Assembly: GCA_018669975.1 (NCBI GenBank)
Contig: JABHSK010000007.1
Span: 64,390 to 128,389 of the forward strand
Reading direction: 5' to 3'
Origin: Candidatus Parcubacteria bacterium
GTDB lineage: Bacteria > Patescibacteriota > Patescibacteriia > UBA1558 > GWA2-36-10
Length of the DNA stretch: 64,000 nucleotides
Shown piece after piece: positions 19,737 through 28,054 of the stretch. Under the pieces are notes generated by a model. It ran no database searches, was not told where the DNA came from, and saw only the letters and a program-made list of their open reading frames with translations. The first letter of the stretch is position 1. Every line of letters starts with the position of its first letter. A program made the position numbers and the translations under genes.

Positions 19737-20728
19737 TTCAAGTTATTATAAAATTTATTTTATTAGTGGGTGTGGTTATTTCCTTATGGTTTTTGACTGT
19801 GGTTATTTCTGGCAATGATCTAAATGAGCAAGATTCTTTTGTTATTGAAAGTGGTCAGGGAGTTAATCAGATCAGTGAAAACCTGCATAAAGAAAGTCTT
19901 ATAAAAAATAAATTTGTATTTGAAACTTGGCTATGGTTGAAAAAATCAGAGAGCAGAGTAGTGGCTGGCGTATATTCTCTACCAGATAATCTTTCTATTC
20001 GTCAATTGGCCAACATGTTGGTAGCTGGACCTGAAAAGGCACAGGGGTCTATCACGTTACTAGAAGGCTGGAGTAGACCTTTTATGGCTGAGGCAGTTGA
20101 TAAAATTGGTTTGTCTGAGCAGAAATTTTTGAGATTAACCAATAGTAAGTTAGACTGGGTGGACGATTATGATTTTTTAAATGATGCACCAAATAGCGCT
20201 ACCCTAGAGGGTTATATTTTTCCAGATACTTATTATATAGACGAGTATACTAATGAGGGTGATATAATTGTTAAATGTTTGAATAATTTTGATAGGAAGA
20301 TGACAGATAAGCTTCGGGATGAGGCTGACAGGCAAGGTAAGAGCATTTTTGAGGTTATTACCCTAGCTTCTATTATTGAGCGTGAAGTTCCAGTTTATGC
20401 AGATAAAAAAATGATTGCTGATATTTTTCTCAAACGTTTAGATGTTGATATGGGTCTACAGTCAGATGCTACTATTAATTTTATCACTGGTAAAAAAGAC
20501 CCTACCCCGTCACTGGATGATTTACAGGTAGATTCCCCATATAATACTTATAAGTATCGTGGTTTGACTCCAGGGCCGATTTCTAGTCCAGGGATAGATA
20601 GCATTGAGGCCGTTTTATACCCTAGCTCCAATGCCTATTATTATTTTTTAACTACCCCAGAAGGGGATGTAATCTATAGTGTAGATCATGATGAGCATGT
20701 AGCTAACAAGAATAAATATCTTAAGTAG
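19733..20728 (+). CDS. mltG: endolytic murein transglycosylase MltG (YceG family)
   Basis: N-terminal TM, YceG-like domain with LTPGPISSPG motif. Confidence 0.85.
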   Translation: MIQVIIKFILLVGVVISLWFLTVVISGNDLNEQDSFVIESGQGVNQISENLHKESLIKNKFVFETWLWLKKSESRVVAGVYSLPDNLSIRQLANMLVAGPEKAQGSITLLEGWSRPFMAEAVDKIGLSEQKFLRLTNSKLDWVDDYDFLNDAPNSATLEGYIFPDTYYIDEYTNEGDIIVKCLNNFDRKMTDKLRDEADRQGKSIFEVITLASIIEREVPVYADKKMIADIFLKRLDVDMGLQSDATINFITGKKDPTPSLDDLQVDSPYNTYKYRGLTPGPISSPGIDSIEAVLYPSSNAYYYFLTTPEGDVIYSVDHDEHVANKNKYLK

Positions 20729-20736
20729 AATTTCAG

Positions 20737-20765
20737 TTGACACTTTTTCATAGATAGTATATAAT
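20737..20765 (+). promoter_or_regulatory. consensus sigma70 promoter TTGACA-17-TATAAT for rplJL
   Basis: TTGACA 20737-20742, 17-nt spacer, TATAAT 20760-20765. Confidence 0.6.
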
Positions 20766-20771
20766 ATTTTC

Positions 20772-20912
20772 ATCAATCAAATATTGATACCGCAGACAGT
20801 GGGTTATTTAGCTAGTATTAGCTAAGTTATAAATCCTACCGAGGTGCCAAAAAGTAATTTTTAGGTAGTCTGCGGCTCTAATTCGCAGATTTTTTGTTTA
20901 AATAACAAATAT
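20772..20912 (+). ncRNA. ribosomal protein L10 (rplJ) leader-like structured 5'UTR with attenuator hairpin
   Basis: Long-range stem CCGCAGAC (20789-20796)/GTCTGCGG (20868-20875) enclosing ~70 nt, followed by hairpin TCTGCG-N9-CGCAGA + T6 immediately upstream of rplJ start. Confidence 0.5.
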
Positions 20913-21434
20913 ATGGCTAAAACTAAAGAACAAAAAAAGAAAATTTTGGACGTCTTGAAGGATAAGATAGCCAAGAGTAAGTCAGTTGTTTTTAGTTCTG
21001 ACAATGGTGCTACTGTACAATCAGTGGAATCTTTGAGAAAAGAACTAAGAGATAATGGTGCAGAGTACTTAGTTACCAAAAAGACTTTACTTAAATTAGC
21101 TACCAAAGACGTAGAGGGCGAAAATCAAGTCGAAGATTTAAGCGGTTCAGTTGGCTTAACATTATCCTATGAGGATGAAGCCACTGGAGCCAATGTGGTT
21201 AATAAATTTGCTAAGAAACAGGAGTCATTTGAGTTGTCAGGTGGTATCTTGGAAGGTGGATTTATTTTACCAGAAAAGATCAAAGTATTGGCTACTTTGC
21301 CAAGCAGAGAACAATTGCTAGCTAAATTGGTTGGTTCAATTCAATCACCAATTACAGGTATGGTTAGAGTTTTGAGCGGCAATACACGTGATTTAGTAGG
21401 TGTATTAAATGCTATCAAAGAAAAAAAGAGTTAA
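20913..21434 (+). CDS. rplJ: 50S ribosomal protein L10
   Basis: MAKTKEQKKKILDVLKDKI... typical L10 N-terminus and length. Confidence 0.95.
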   Translation: MAKTKEQKKKILDVLKDKIAKSKSVVFSSDNGATVQSVESLRKELRDNGAEYLVTKKTLLKLATKDVEGENQVEDLSGSVGLTLSYEDEATGANVVNKFAKKQESFELSGGILEGGFILPEKIKVLATLPSREQLLAKLVGSIQSPITGMVRVLSGNTRDLVGVLNAIKEKKS

Positions 21435-21467
21435 CATATAATTAATAATCAATAATAAATAAATATT

Positions 21468-21887
21468 ATGTCAGAAGAAAAAAAGACTGAAGAGAAAAAG
21501 GACGTAGCAGTACCTGCTAAATTCAAAGGTATTGTCGAGGAAATCGAAAAAATGTCAGTACTCGATTTATCAGAATTAGTTTCTCTTTTAGAAGACAAAT
21601 TTGGTGTTAGCGCTGCTGCTCCAGTAGCTATGGCTGCTGCTCCAGCTGGTGATGCCGGTGAAGCTGCTGAAGAAAAAACAAGCTTCAATGTTGAATTGAC
21701 TAGCACTGGTGACAACAAGATTGGTGTCATTAAAGCTATTAGAGAGATTACACAAATTGGATTAAAGGAAGCTAAGGACATGGCTGATGGTGCTCCAGTT
21801 ATTGTTAAAGAAGGTGTAGCTAAAGAAGAAGCCGAAGAACTTAAGAAAAAACTTGAGGAAGCCGGTGGTAGTGTTACCCTAAAATAA
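21468..21887 (+). CDS. rplL: 50S ribosomal protein L7/L12
   Basis: Ala-rich hinge and C-terminal [42 protein letters not shown]. Confidence 0.95.
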   Translation: MSEEKKTEEKKDVAVPAKFKGIVEEIEKMSVLDLSELVSLLEDKFGVSAAAPVAMAAAPAGDAGEAAEEKTSFNVELTSTGDNKIGVIKAIREITQIGLKEAKDMADGAPVIVKEGVAKEEAEELKKKLEEAGGSVTLK

Positions 21888-21903
21888 ATTACTCAATTAA
21901 AAA

Positions 21904-21937
21904 ACACCCTCGCAATGCGAGGGTGTTTTTGTTTTTA
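21904..21937. terminator. bidirectional intrinsic terminator (ACACCCTCGCAaTGCGAGGGTGT + T-run) shared by rplL (+) and the convergent minus-strand gene
   Basis: 11-bp inverted repeat followed by TTTTTGTTTTT; A-rich on other side. Confidence 0.75.
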
Positions 21938-24076
21938 GTTTATAGCCAAGAGGTATAGGTGATTGCCATTTAGTAAATAGATGGCTTTTTCTTCTGGGTC
22001 AACTGCCAGATCAGTTAGATTGTCAAATTTTTGAGAAGTATACTGGTCTTTTATGTTGCCCTCTTTATCCAAAACTATAATACGCATATTTTGTGGATCT
22101 ATAATATATAGATAGTCAGAATCGCGGAAAGTTTTAATGGTAGCCCCAGCACCTATAACTGGTCTAGGTTGATGGTAGTCAAAATCTTCTTCCTGACCCT
22201 TGAGGAAATTTCGGATATCGCCGTTGTTTTCAATAGTATAAATACTGCCATCGACAGTTAGGCTATTTGCCTGGGATATTTCTAACTCTTCTTTAAGCCA
22301 AATAGAACCGCCACCAAAGCTATTACCACGTTCAGGGTATTTGAATATTTGATTATTGGCAGCATCTAAAACATATAAGTTATTTCCATATATGGTTAGG
22401 TCAGTCACTTCAGTGTTGTTACTAACAGGCTTGAAGACCTCCAATGATTCTTTGTTAGCTAGATCAAATGTAAAATAGTTTAATTCGTTATCGGTACCGA
22501 GAGAACTCATAACTACCTTATCTTTTTCAGGCCAATCAGTCATAGAATTTACCACGACATCAGTAAAATTATCCAATGAAGTGAAAGTCTCATCTTTGAT
22601 CATGAAAATTTGATTGTCTGCTAGTAGATAGAAACTTCCATCTTTTTGGACAATATTTTGACTAGATAATATAGAGTCTACAGGGATAATGATTTCTACA
22701 GGGGAGGGCACGACGTGAATATGACGTACTTTATTTAGCTCATGGAAAGCTTTTTCTTTTATGTCGTCTATCTCAGCTTGTTGTTCAGGTGAATTAATAG
22801 GTGTATTATTGATAACTTCATTAATGGCTAAAATTATTTCTTCGGCTGCCTCTTCATCATTATAGATTAACTTAGCCTCTACTTCATTAAATTTATTATT
22901 TATTTCTTGTAGATTGTTATTAAAAGTTTCATCTTTTTGTTCGGTGTCTTTTTTTTGAGTTAAAAACACTAAACTCTGTAAAAATACAAGCAATATAATG
23001 AATAGGGCTATGATAGCTATTTTCTTTTTTGTGGTTAATTTTTGGAACCAGCCGTATTTTTTGTCTGTCATATTTTTAAGGCTGTCCAAAGTTTCCGCTT
23101 CTTTATTGCGTCTATATTTTCCAGAAAATACAAATAAAAGGCCATTTTTTATTTTTTGGTAGATATAAATAAGCATTTTCCAGATAGTTGCAAAGAATAA
23201 CCCAACTAGGCCAAAGAATTTTCCAATAAAGTGTAATGATTTTACATTTTTGAATCCCTTAGGGTCGATTACTAGTTTGGTGCGGGCAGCTGGAGCCTTG
23301 GATTTGGAAGAACGATAGTCTTGAGCTGATTTATCAGGTGTTAGTAGTGTCTTCTCATCTTCTGGATATATATCTTCAATGTTTTCTTCTTTAGCTTTGA
23401 TGTCGTCGGCAGTAATTTCAATATCAGCAGAGGTAGAGCTTTTTATAAGTAGTGAGTTGAAAGTGACGAAATCGGGTACAGTTTCTAGGAGTTCATTTAT
23501 CTTTAAAGCAGCACCTCTAGGTGTATAACGTTTGACTAGTTGTTTTATTTTTTCTCTAGAAATGTAATCAAAGAGTGAGTTAGTGGAGACCATCAGTACA
23601 TCCCGAGCATCTAATTGTCCACTGACTATGTCAGCAAAGATTTTAGTGGGATTAATGTCAGTGTTTTTTTCTAAAATAGGTGTTACTTGTCCATGGTGTA
23701 TTAATAAAGCATTGATATTACCAATGCTAGCCACGTAGACACTATCTCGATGGAAAATTCCCACAGCTAAATCAATAGTAGATAACCAATTTCTAATTTT
23801 TATAGAAGCACCTAAATTAGGTAATAATTGATTTAGTTCTTGTAAGATTTCTTCTAGTAGTATTTCAGGGTCTTCTTGGTTGCTGGTTTCGAAATAAGTA
23901 CTAGCTTGATTGATTATTTCATCAAGGGCTGACTGTTGATCTATCTTATGTTTGGGTAATTCTAGGATAAGAAACAAACGACCACGATCAGTGGGGTCGC
24001 TAATATATAGTTCAGAGAGTTCACGAGAATTGATGTGGTCGTGGGTGAATATTTTATTGTATTTTAGTTCAGCCAT
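21935..24076 (-). CDS. large single-pass membrane protein: N-terminal cytoplasmic degenerate PP2C-like domain, central TM helix, C-terminal extracytoplasmic beta-propeller-like (NHL/YVTN-like) repeats
   Basis: VYVASIGNINALLI and VLMVSTNSLFDYIS resemble PP2C motifs (xANVGDSRxxL, LLCSDGL) but lack the metal-binding Asp residues; TM IAIIALFIILLVFLQSLVFL; repeated NxxYVLD/NHLYLL motifs. Confidence 0.55.
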   Translation of the reverse strand: MAELKYNKIFTHDHINSRELSELYISDPTDRGRLFLILELPKHKIDQQSALDEIINQASTYFETSNQEDPEILLEEILQELNQLLPNLGASIKIRNWLSTIDLAVGIFHRDSVYVASIGNINALLIHHGQVTPILEKNTDINPTKIFADIVSGQLDARDVLMVSTNSLFDYISREKIKQLVKRYTPRGAALKINELLETVPDFVTFNSLLIKSSTSADIEITADDIKAKEENIEDIYPEDEKTLLTPDKSAQDYRSSKSKAPAARTKLVIDPKGFKNVKSLHFIGKFFGLVGLFFATIWKMLIYIYQKIKNGLLFVFSGKYRRNKEAETLDSLKNMTDKKYGWFQKLTTKKKIAIIALFIILLVFLQSLVFLTQKKDTEQKDETFNNNLQEINNKFNEVEAKLIYNDEEAAEEIILAINEVINNTPINSPEQQAEIDDIKEKAFHELNKVRHIHVVPSPVEIIIPVDSILSSQNIVQKDGSFYLLADNQIFMIKDETFTSLDNFTDVVVNSMTDWPEKDKVVMSSLGTDNELNYFTFDLANKESLEVFKPVSNNTEVTDLTIYGNNLYVLDAANNQIFKYPERGNSFGGGSIWLKEELEISQANSLTVDGSIYTIENNGDIRNFLKGQEEDFDYHQPRPVIGAGATIKTFRDSDYLYIIDPQNMRIIVLDKEGNIKDQYTSQKFDNLTDLAVDPEEKAIYLLNGNHLYLLAIN

Positions 24077-24147
24077 TTTACATTTGTTTCAAATAATATT
24101 ATACTATATTTAAAGGTTTTAGTAAATAAATCTCAAATCATTTATTT

Positions 24148-24765
24148 ATGCTTGAGCAAATTTTTAGTTCAGTAGCCAGAACCAAGATTTTAAAGCTTTT
24201 TTGTGTCCATGCCCAAGAAAAGTTTTTTATACGGGAATTAGCTCGTCGTTTGGACTTACAATTAAATTCTATTCGTAGAGAATTGAGTAATTTAGAGGAT
24301 TTTGGTATTCTGACTTCAGAGGAATCACAAGGTAAAAAGTATTATTTTACAAATCTTGATTTTGCTTTGTTTCCTGAAATAAAAAATTTGGTTTTTAAAT
24401 CTCTAGCCCTGGAAGAAATGGATATTGCTGATAAAATGTCTAAGATTCCAGGTTTAAAATTGTTAGTTTTTTCTGGAGTGTTAACTGAATCACCAGCAGC
24501 CACCGATGTATTGATAGTAGGTAAGGTAAATAAAACTAAGTTTGATCGTTATCTACGTAAAATATCCGAAGGATTGCCTGAAGATTTACGGTACACTTTT
24601 TTGTCTCTAAGTGATTATCTGTATCGTTTAGAAATAACCGATAAGTTTATTTATGATATTTGGTCAAACTCTAAGGTTATTGTGGTAGATAAAATATCTA
24701 AAGACATGAAGCAGCCGCAAATGATGGATTTTAATTTCAAGCATTTCAAAACAGATAAGAAATAA
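24148..24765 (+). CDS. winged-helix transcriptional regulator-like protein
   Basis: N-terminal RTKILKLFCV...FIRELARRLDLQLNSIRRELSNLEDFGIL (ArsR/MarR-like wHTH). Confidence 0.45.
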   Translation: MLEQIFSSVARTKILKLFCVHAQEKFFIRELARRLDLQLNSIRRELSNLEDFGILTSEESQGKKYYFTNLDFALFPEIKNLVFKSLALEEMDIADKMSKIPGLKLLVFSGVLTESPAATDVLIVGKVNKTKFDRYLRKISEGLPEDLRYTFLSLSDYLYRLEITDKFIYDIWSNSKVIVVDKISKDMKQPQMMDFNFKHFKTDKK

Positions 24766-25215
24766 TTATAGAGTTTATCAATGTTTATTATTAGATTTTT
24801 AGCTGCGCTAGCATTATTATCAGCTGGAGCCATACATACTTTTCCTGCTTTATGGTTAGCCTGGGATAGGCAAATGCAAGAAACGCCGCATCTTCATAAT
24901 ACCATAGGGCTGATTGCTTTTAGTTTAGGTATTTTAAATTTACTTTTATTATTTTATAAACCAAAAAAAAATTATTAATAAAAACAAAACTATGCCTAAA
25001 AAAACAAACAAGGAGCATAAGCCTAGAAAAAAAGAAGAGGGATTTGGTTTTCACACCGTGATTCTGATTACTATCTTTCTTTTTGTGATTGTCACTTTTG
25101 TAGTAATAGTTCTCTGGCTTCAGATGGAGTTCATTATAAGTGATATAGAGCAATTACGTAATAATTGTGAAACAGCTGGTCAATTTTTGAAGAATCTAGC
25201 ATAGAATAATTTATT

Positions 25216-25647
25216 ATGGCAAAGAATAATTTTGGATTTACTCTAGTAGAGTTATTAGTGGTTATAGCTATCATTGGCATTTTATCTTCTGTAGCTGTAT
25301 CGCAATTAAACATAGCTCGTAAAAAAGCTATGGTAGCAGCCGTAGAGGAATCCCTGGTTTCTTTAAAGTCAGCTGTTATACTTTGTTATGAGGAGGGTTT
25401 TTATTTAGCGGCTGATAATAGTGCTAGTAATATGTGTGAGGGATCAGAAAATCCTATAGCAGGGCTTAAGATATGTGGGGCTATTTTTGCGCCAACTTGG
25501 CCACATTTGCCAGATGGTTGGAGTTATGTTGATAATTGTTTAGGTGATCTTGGTCGTATGGCTATTTATGAGTTTCGTTATGCGGCTATGGACACCGACG
25601 GTAATAGAGTGGATTGTAATCACAATGGTTGTATTACTACACCTTAA
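25216..25647 (+). CDS. type IV pilin / pseudopilin (prepilin-type N-terminal cleavage/methylation domain)
   Basis: GFTLVELLVVIAIIGIL class III signal peptide; C-terminal Cys pair. Confidence 0.8.
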   Translation: MAKNNFGFTLVELLVVIAIIGILSSVAVSQLNIARKKAMVAAVEESLVSLKSAVILCYEEGFYLAADNSASNMCEGSENPIAGLKICGAIFAPTWPHLPDGWSYVDNCLGDLGRMAIYEFRYAAMDTDGNRVDCNHNGCITTP

Positions 25648-25655
25648 TTTTTTTT

Positions 25656-26084
25656 ATGATTTTAGCCTTACACGTTAAAGATAACAACAATGCCCAGTGG
25701 CTACTGATTGAAGATGGAAACATTGAATTTAGCCATGATTTTTCTATGGGAGTAGGTGAGGATAAAACCCTGGCTAGCTTAGATGATATTTTAAAAGAAA
25801 ATAAATTAGCCTTAGCTGATATTAAAGGTATGGTATTAGCGATTCGTGAGGCCAGTTTAACCCAGGTCAAATTATATACGGCCACTATTAATGCTTTGGG
25901 GTGGCAACATAGTTTACCAGTAATAGGTGAGTTCTATTTCACAGGAGAGTTTGATGTCTTATTACCCAAGTTATTAGATCGATTAGCTCAACAGTCAAAA
26001 TTTGAGCAACTAAAGGTTAAATATCAAAGGGGACCAGACATTACTATTAGTAAGAAACAACCCAAGTACAAGATATCCCAGTAG
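25656..26084 (+). CDS. TsaB/YeaZ-like protein (tRNA t6A biosynthesis partner), short form
   Basis: ILALHV...WLLIED N-terminus and ...LADIKGMVLAIREASLTQVKLYTATINALGWQHSLPVIG resemble TsaB (LALDTSTE...; GPGSFTGVRIG...PLIGV); start moved to ATG 25656. Confidence 0.3.
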   Translation: MILALHVKDNNNAQWLLIEDGNIEFSHDFSMGVGEDKTLASLDDILKENKLALADIKGMVLAIREASLTQVKLYTATINALGWQHSLPVIGEFYFTGEFDVLLPKLLDRLAQQSKFEQLKVKYQRGPDITISKKQPKYKISQ

Positions 26085-26115
26085 CTCTTAATAAGGTTTA
26101 TATTGGAATACATAG

Positions 26116-26150
26116 GCACTACTTGCATTAAAGTAGTGTTTTATGTTTTA
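26116..26150 (+). terminator. intrinsic terminator (GCACTACTT-gcatta-AAGTAGTGt + T-run)
   Basis: 9-bp inverted repeat followed by TTTTATGTTTT. Confidence 0.6.
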
Positions 26151-26160
26151 GTTTTGCACA

Positions 26161-26188
26161 AAGCCTGTGGATAAATGCAGGCTTTTTA
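26161..26188 (+). terminator. second intrinsic terminator (AAGCCTG-N10-CAGGCTT + T5)
   Basis: 7-bp inverted repeat + TTTTT. Confidence 0.5.
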
Positions 26189-26192
26189 TACA

Positions 26193-26260
26193 TTGACATT
26201 TTGGCGAACGGTGGGGTATAATGTATCTACGAACCACAAAAGTGGAAAAAAGTGGGGAAT
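26193..26260 (+). promoter_or_regulatory. dcw-cluster promoter (TTGACA-18-TATAAT) with MraZ-box-like GTGG(G) direct repeats at 10-nt spacing
   Basis: TTGACA 26193-26198, TATAAT 26217-26222; GTGGGG 26211-26216, GTGG 26242-26245, GTGGGG 26252-26257. Confidence 0.55.
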
Positions 26261-26284
26261 TTATAAAGCTATCTGTGGATAACT

Positions 26285-26716
26285 ATGTTTATTGGCGAGT
26301 ATAAATATAATTTAGATACAAAGAATCGCTTGGCTATGCCAAGTAAGTTTCGCAATTTGTTTAAAGACGGGGCAGTTATTACTAAAGGTTTAGATAATTG
26401 TCTTTTTGTTTATACTACTAAAGAATGGAAGAAATTAGCCGACAAGTTAGCCAACCTACCTTTTTCTCAGGCTAAGTCCCGTGCTTTTTCCCGTATGATG
26501 TTGGCTGGAGCTATGGATGTAAAGATAGATAAATTGGGTCGAGTTATCCTACCAGATTATTTGAAGCAATTTGCTAGCTTAAATAAAAAGGTGGTTTTAG
26601 CTGGTTTGTATAATCGTTTAGAGGTTTGGGATGAAAAGATGTGGAATAAGTATCAACGTACTTCTGAAAAAGATAGCAATGAGATAGCTGAAGGATTGGT
26701 AGATTTAGGTATTTAA
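26285..26716 (+). CDS. mraZ: transcriptional regulator MraZ
   Basis: MFIGEYKYNLDTKNRLAMPSKFR N-terminus; duplicated DXXXR motifs; 143 aa. Confidence 0.9.
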   Translation: MFIGEYKYNLDTKNRLAMPSKFRNLFKDGAVITKGLDNCLFVYTTKEWKKLADKLANLPFSQAKSRAFSRMMLAGAMDVKIDKLGRVILPDYLKQFASLNKKVVLAGLYNRLEVWDEKMWNKYQRTSEKDSNEIAEGLVDLGI

Positions 26717-26717
26717 T

Positions 26718-27692
26718 ATGCCAGTTGAATATCAGCATATTAGCGTGCTCAAACAGGAGATATTGGAGCTTATGAAACCTCAGCCAGGGCAACACTTTAT
26801 AGATGGTACTTTGGGTGGTGGAGGACATACAGAGAGCATATTAGAGCAAACATCACCAGATGGAAAAGTATTAGCTTTTGAGCTCGACGATAGAGCCATT
26901 AAAGCTGCTAAGAAAAGATTAAAGAAATATCAGGAAAGATTAATAATAGTTCATAAAAGTTACGTTCATTTAAAGCAGGAATTTAAAAAACATACAAAGG
27001 AATTTAAAAAGCCTTCAGGCATTATACTTGATTTGGGATTATCATCAGATCAACTTGACCGAGCCGATCGTGGTTTTTCTTTCAAGGATCATGGATCACT
27101 GGACATGAGATTTGATAAGAAAGGTCAAACATTAACCGCATCAGATATTATTTTGACGTGGCCTGAAGATAAATTGATCAAAATCTTCCGTGAGTATGGC
27201 GAGGTGAAACAGTCAAAACGACTGGCCAAGGGATTTATTCTCTGGCGTCAAACTTTAGTTAAACAAAAACAAAAAATGCTAAAGACTTCCATGCTTGTCT
27301 ACGTCATACTCCGGATTTTGAATATAAAACCCGATAGTGTAAAGAGGTTTAGAAAACATCCAGCTACCCAAGTATTTCAGAGTTTACGTATCGCTGTAAA
27401 CGGTGAGCTAGATAATTTACAATCAGTTTTACCACAAGCTATCGAAGTGTTACCAACGGGAGGCCGCTTGGCGGTCATCAGTTTTCATTCCCTTGAAGAT
27501 CGAATAGTAAAGCGTTATTTTAAAAAATTAGCCCAGAACTGTATCTGTCCACCAACCAATCCGATTTGTAATTGTGACAATGAAGCACAGGTTAAACTGG
27601 TTAATAAGCGGGCTATCAAGCCTAGTCAGGCAGAAATAACTAGCAATCCGCGAAGTCGTAGCGCTATTCTTAGAGTGATAGAGAAAGTATAA
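26718..27692 (+). CDS. rsmH: 16S rRNA (cytosine1402-N4)-methyltransferase RsmH (MraW)
   Basis: HISVL...FIDGTLGGGGHTE SAM-binding motif; gene order after mraZ. Confidence 0.9.
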   Translation: MPVEYQHISVLKQEILELMKPQPGQHFIDGTLGGGGHTESILEQTSPDGKVLAFELDDRAIKAAKKRLKKYQERLIIVHKSYVHLKQEFKKHTKEFKKPSGIILDLGLSSDQLDRADRGFSFKDHGSLDMRFDKKGQTLTASDIILTWPEDKLIKIFREYGEVKQSKRLAKGFILWRQTLVKQKQKMLKTSMLVYVILRILNIKPDSVKRFRKHPATQVFQSLRIAVNGELDNLQSVLPQAIEVLPTGGRLAVISFHSLEDRIVKRYFKKLAQNCICPPTNPICNCDNEAQVKLVNKRAIKPSQAEITSNPRSRSAILRVIEKV

Positions 27693-27715
27693 TATAAAAT
27701 AAAATAATAATTCCC

Positions 27716-28036
27716 ATGCAAAAATCACCAAAAGTTACAAATTTTTGGCACGGAGTAAAAAAATACAACACTCCAATAGTATTTTTTATTATCTTGTTCT
27801 GGACTATGATGCTGGTATCCAGTAATTATGCCAATAGTCAGAATTTAGAGAGAAACGATCTCACTAAGAATATTAGAGTGATTGAAGATGAAATTAGGTT
27901 GCTCAATACTACGGTTGGTGAATTACAGACTACGGAGAGGTTAGAAAATGAAAGCCAAAGATTAGACTTGGTGAAAATACAAACAAAAGACATTTATTAT
28001 ATTGATCAGACAAACGAAAAAGTTGCTTTAAAATAA
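27716..28036 (+). CDS. ftsL: cell division protein FtsL/DivIC-like
   Basis: Short bitopic protein (TM IVFFIILFWTMMLVS) with coiled-coil; conserved position between rsmH and ftsI. Confidence 0.5.
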   Translation: MQKSPKVTNFWHGVKKYNTPIVFFIILFWTMMLVSSNYANSQNLERNDLTKNIRVIEDEIRLLNTTVGELQTTERLENESQRLDLVKIQTKDIYYIDQTNEKVALK

Positions 28037-28054
28037 TAACGATTGTGATATAGT

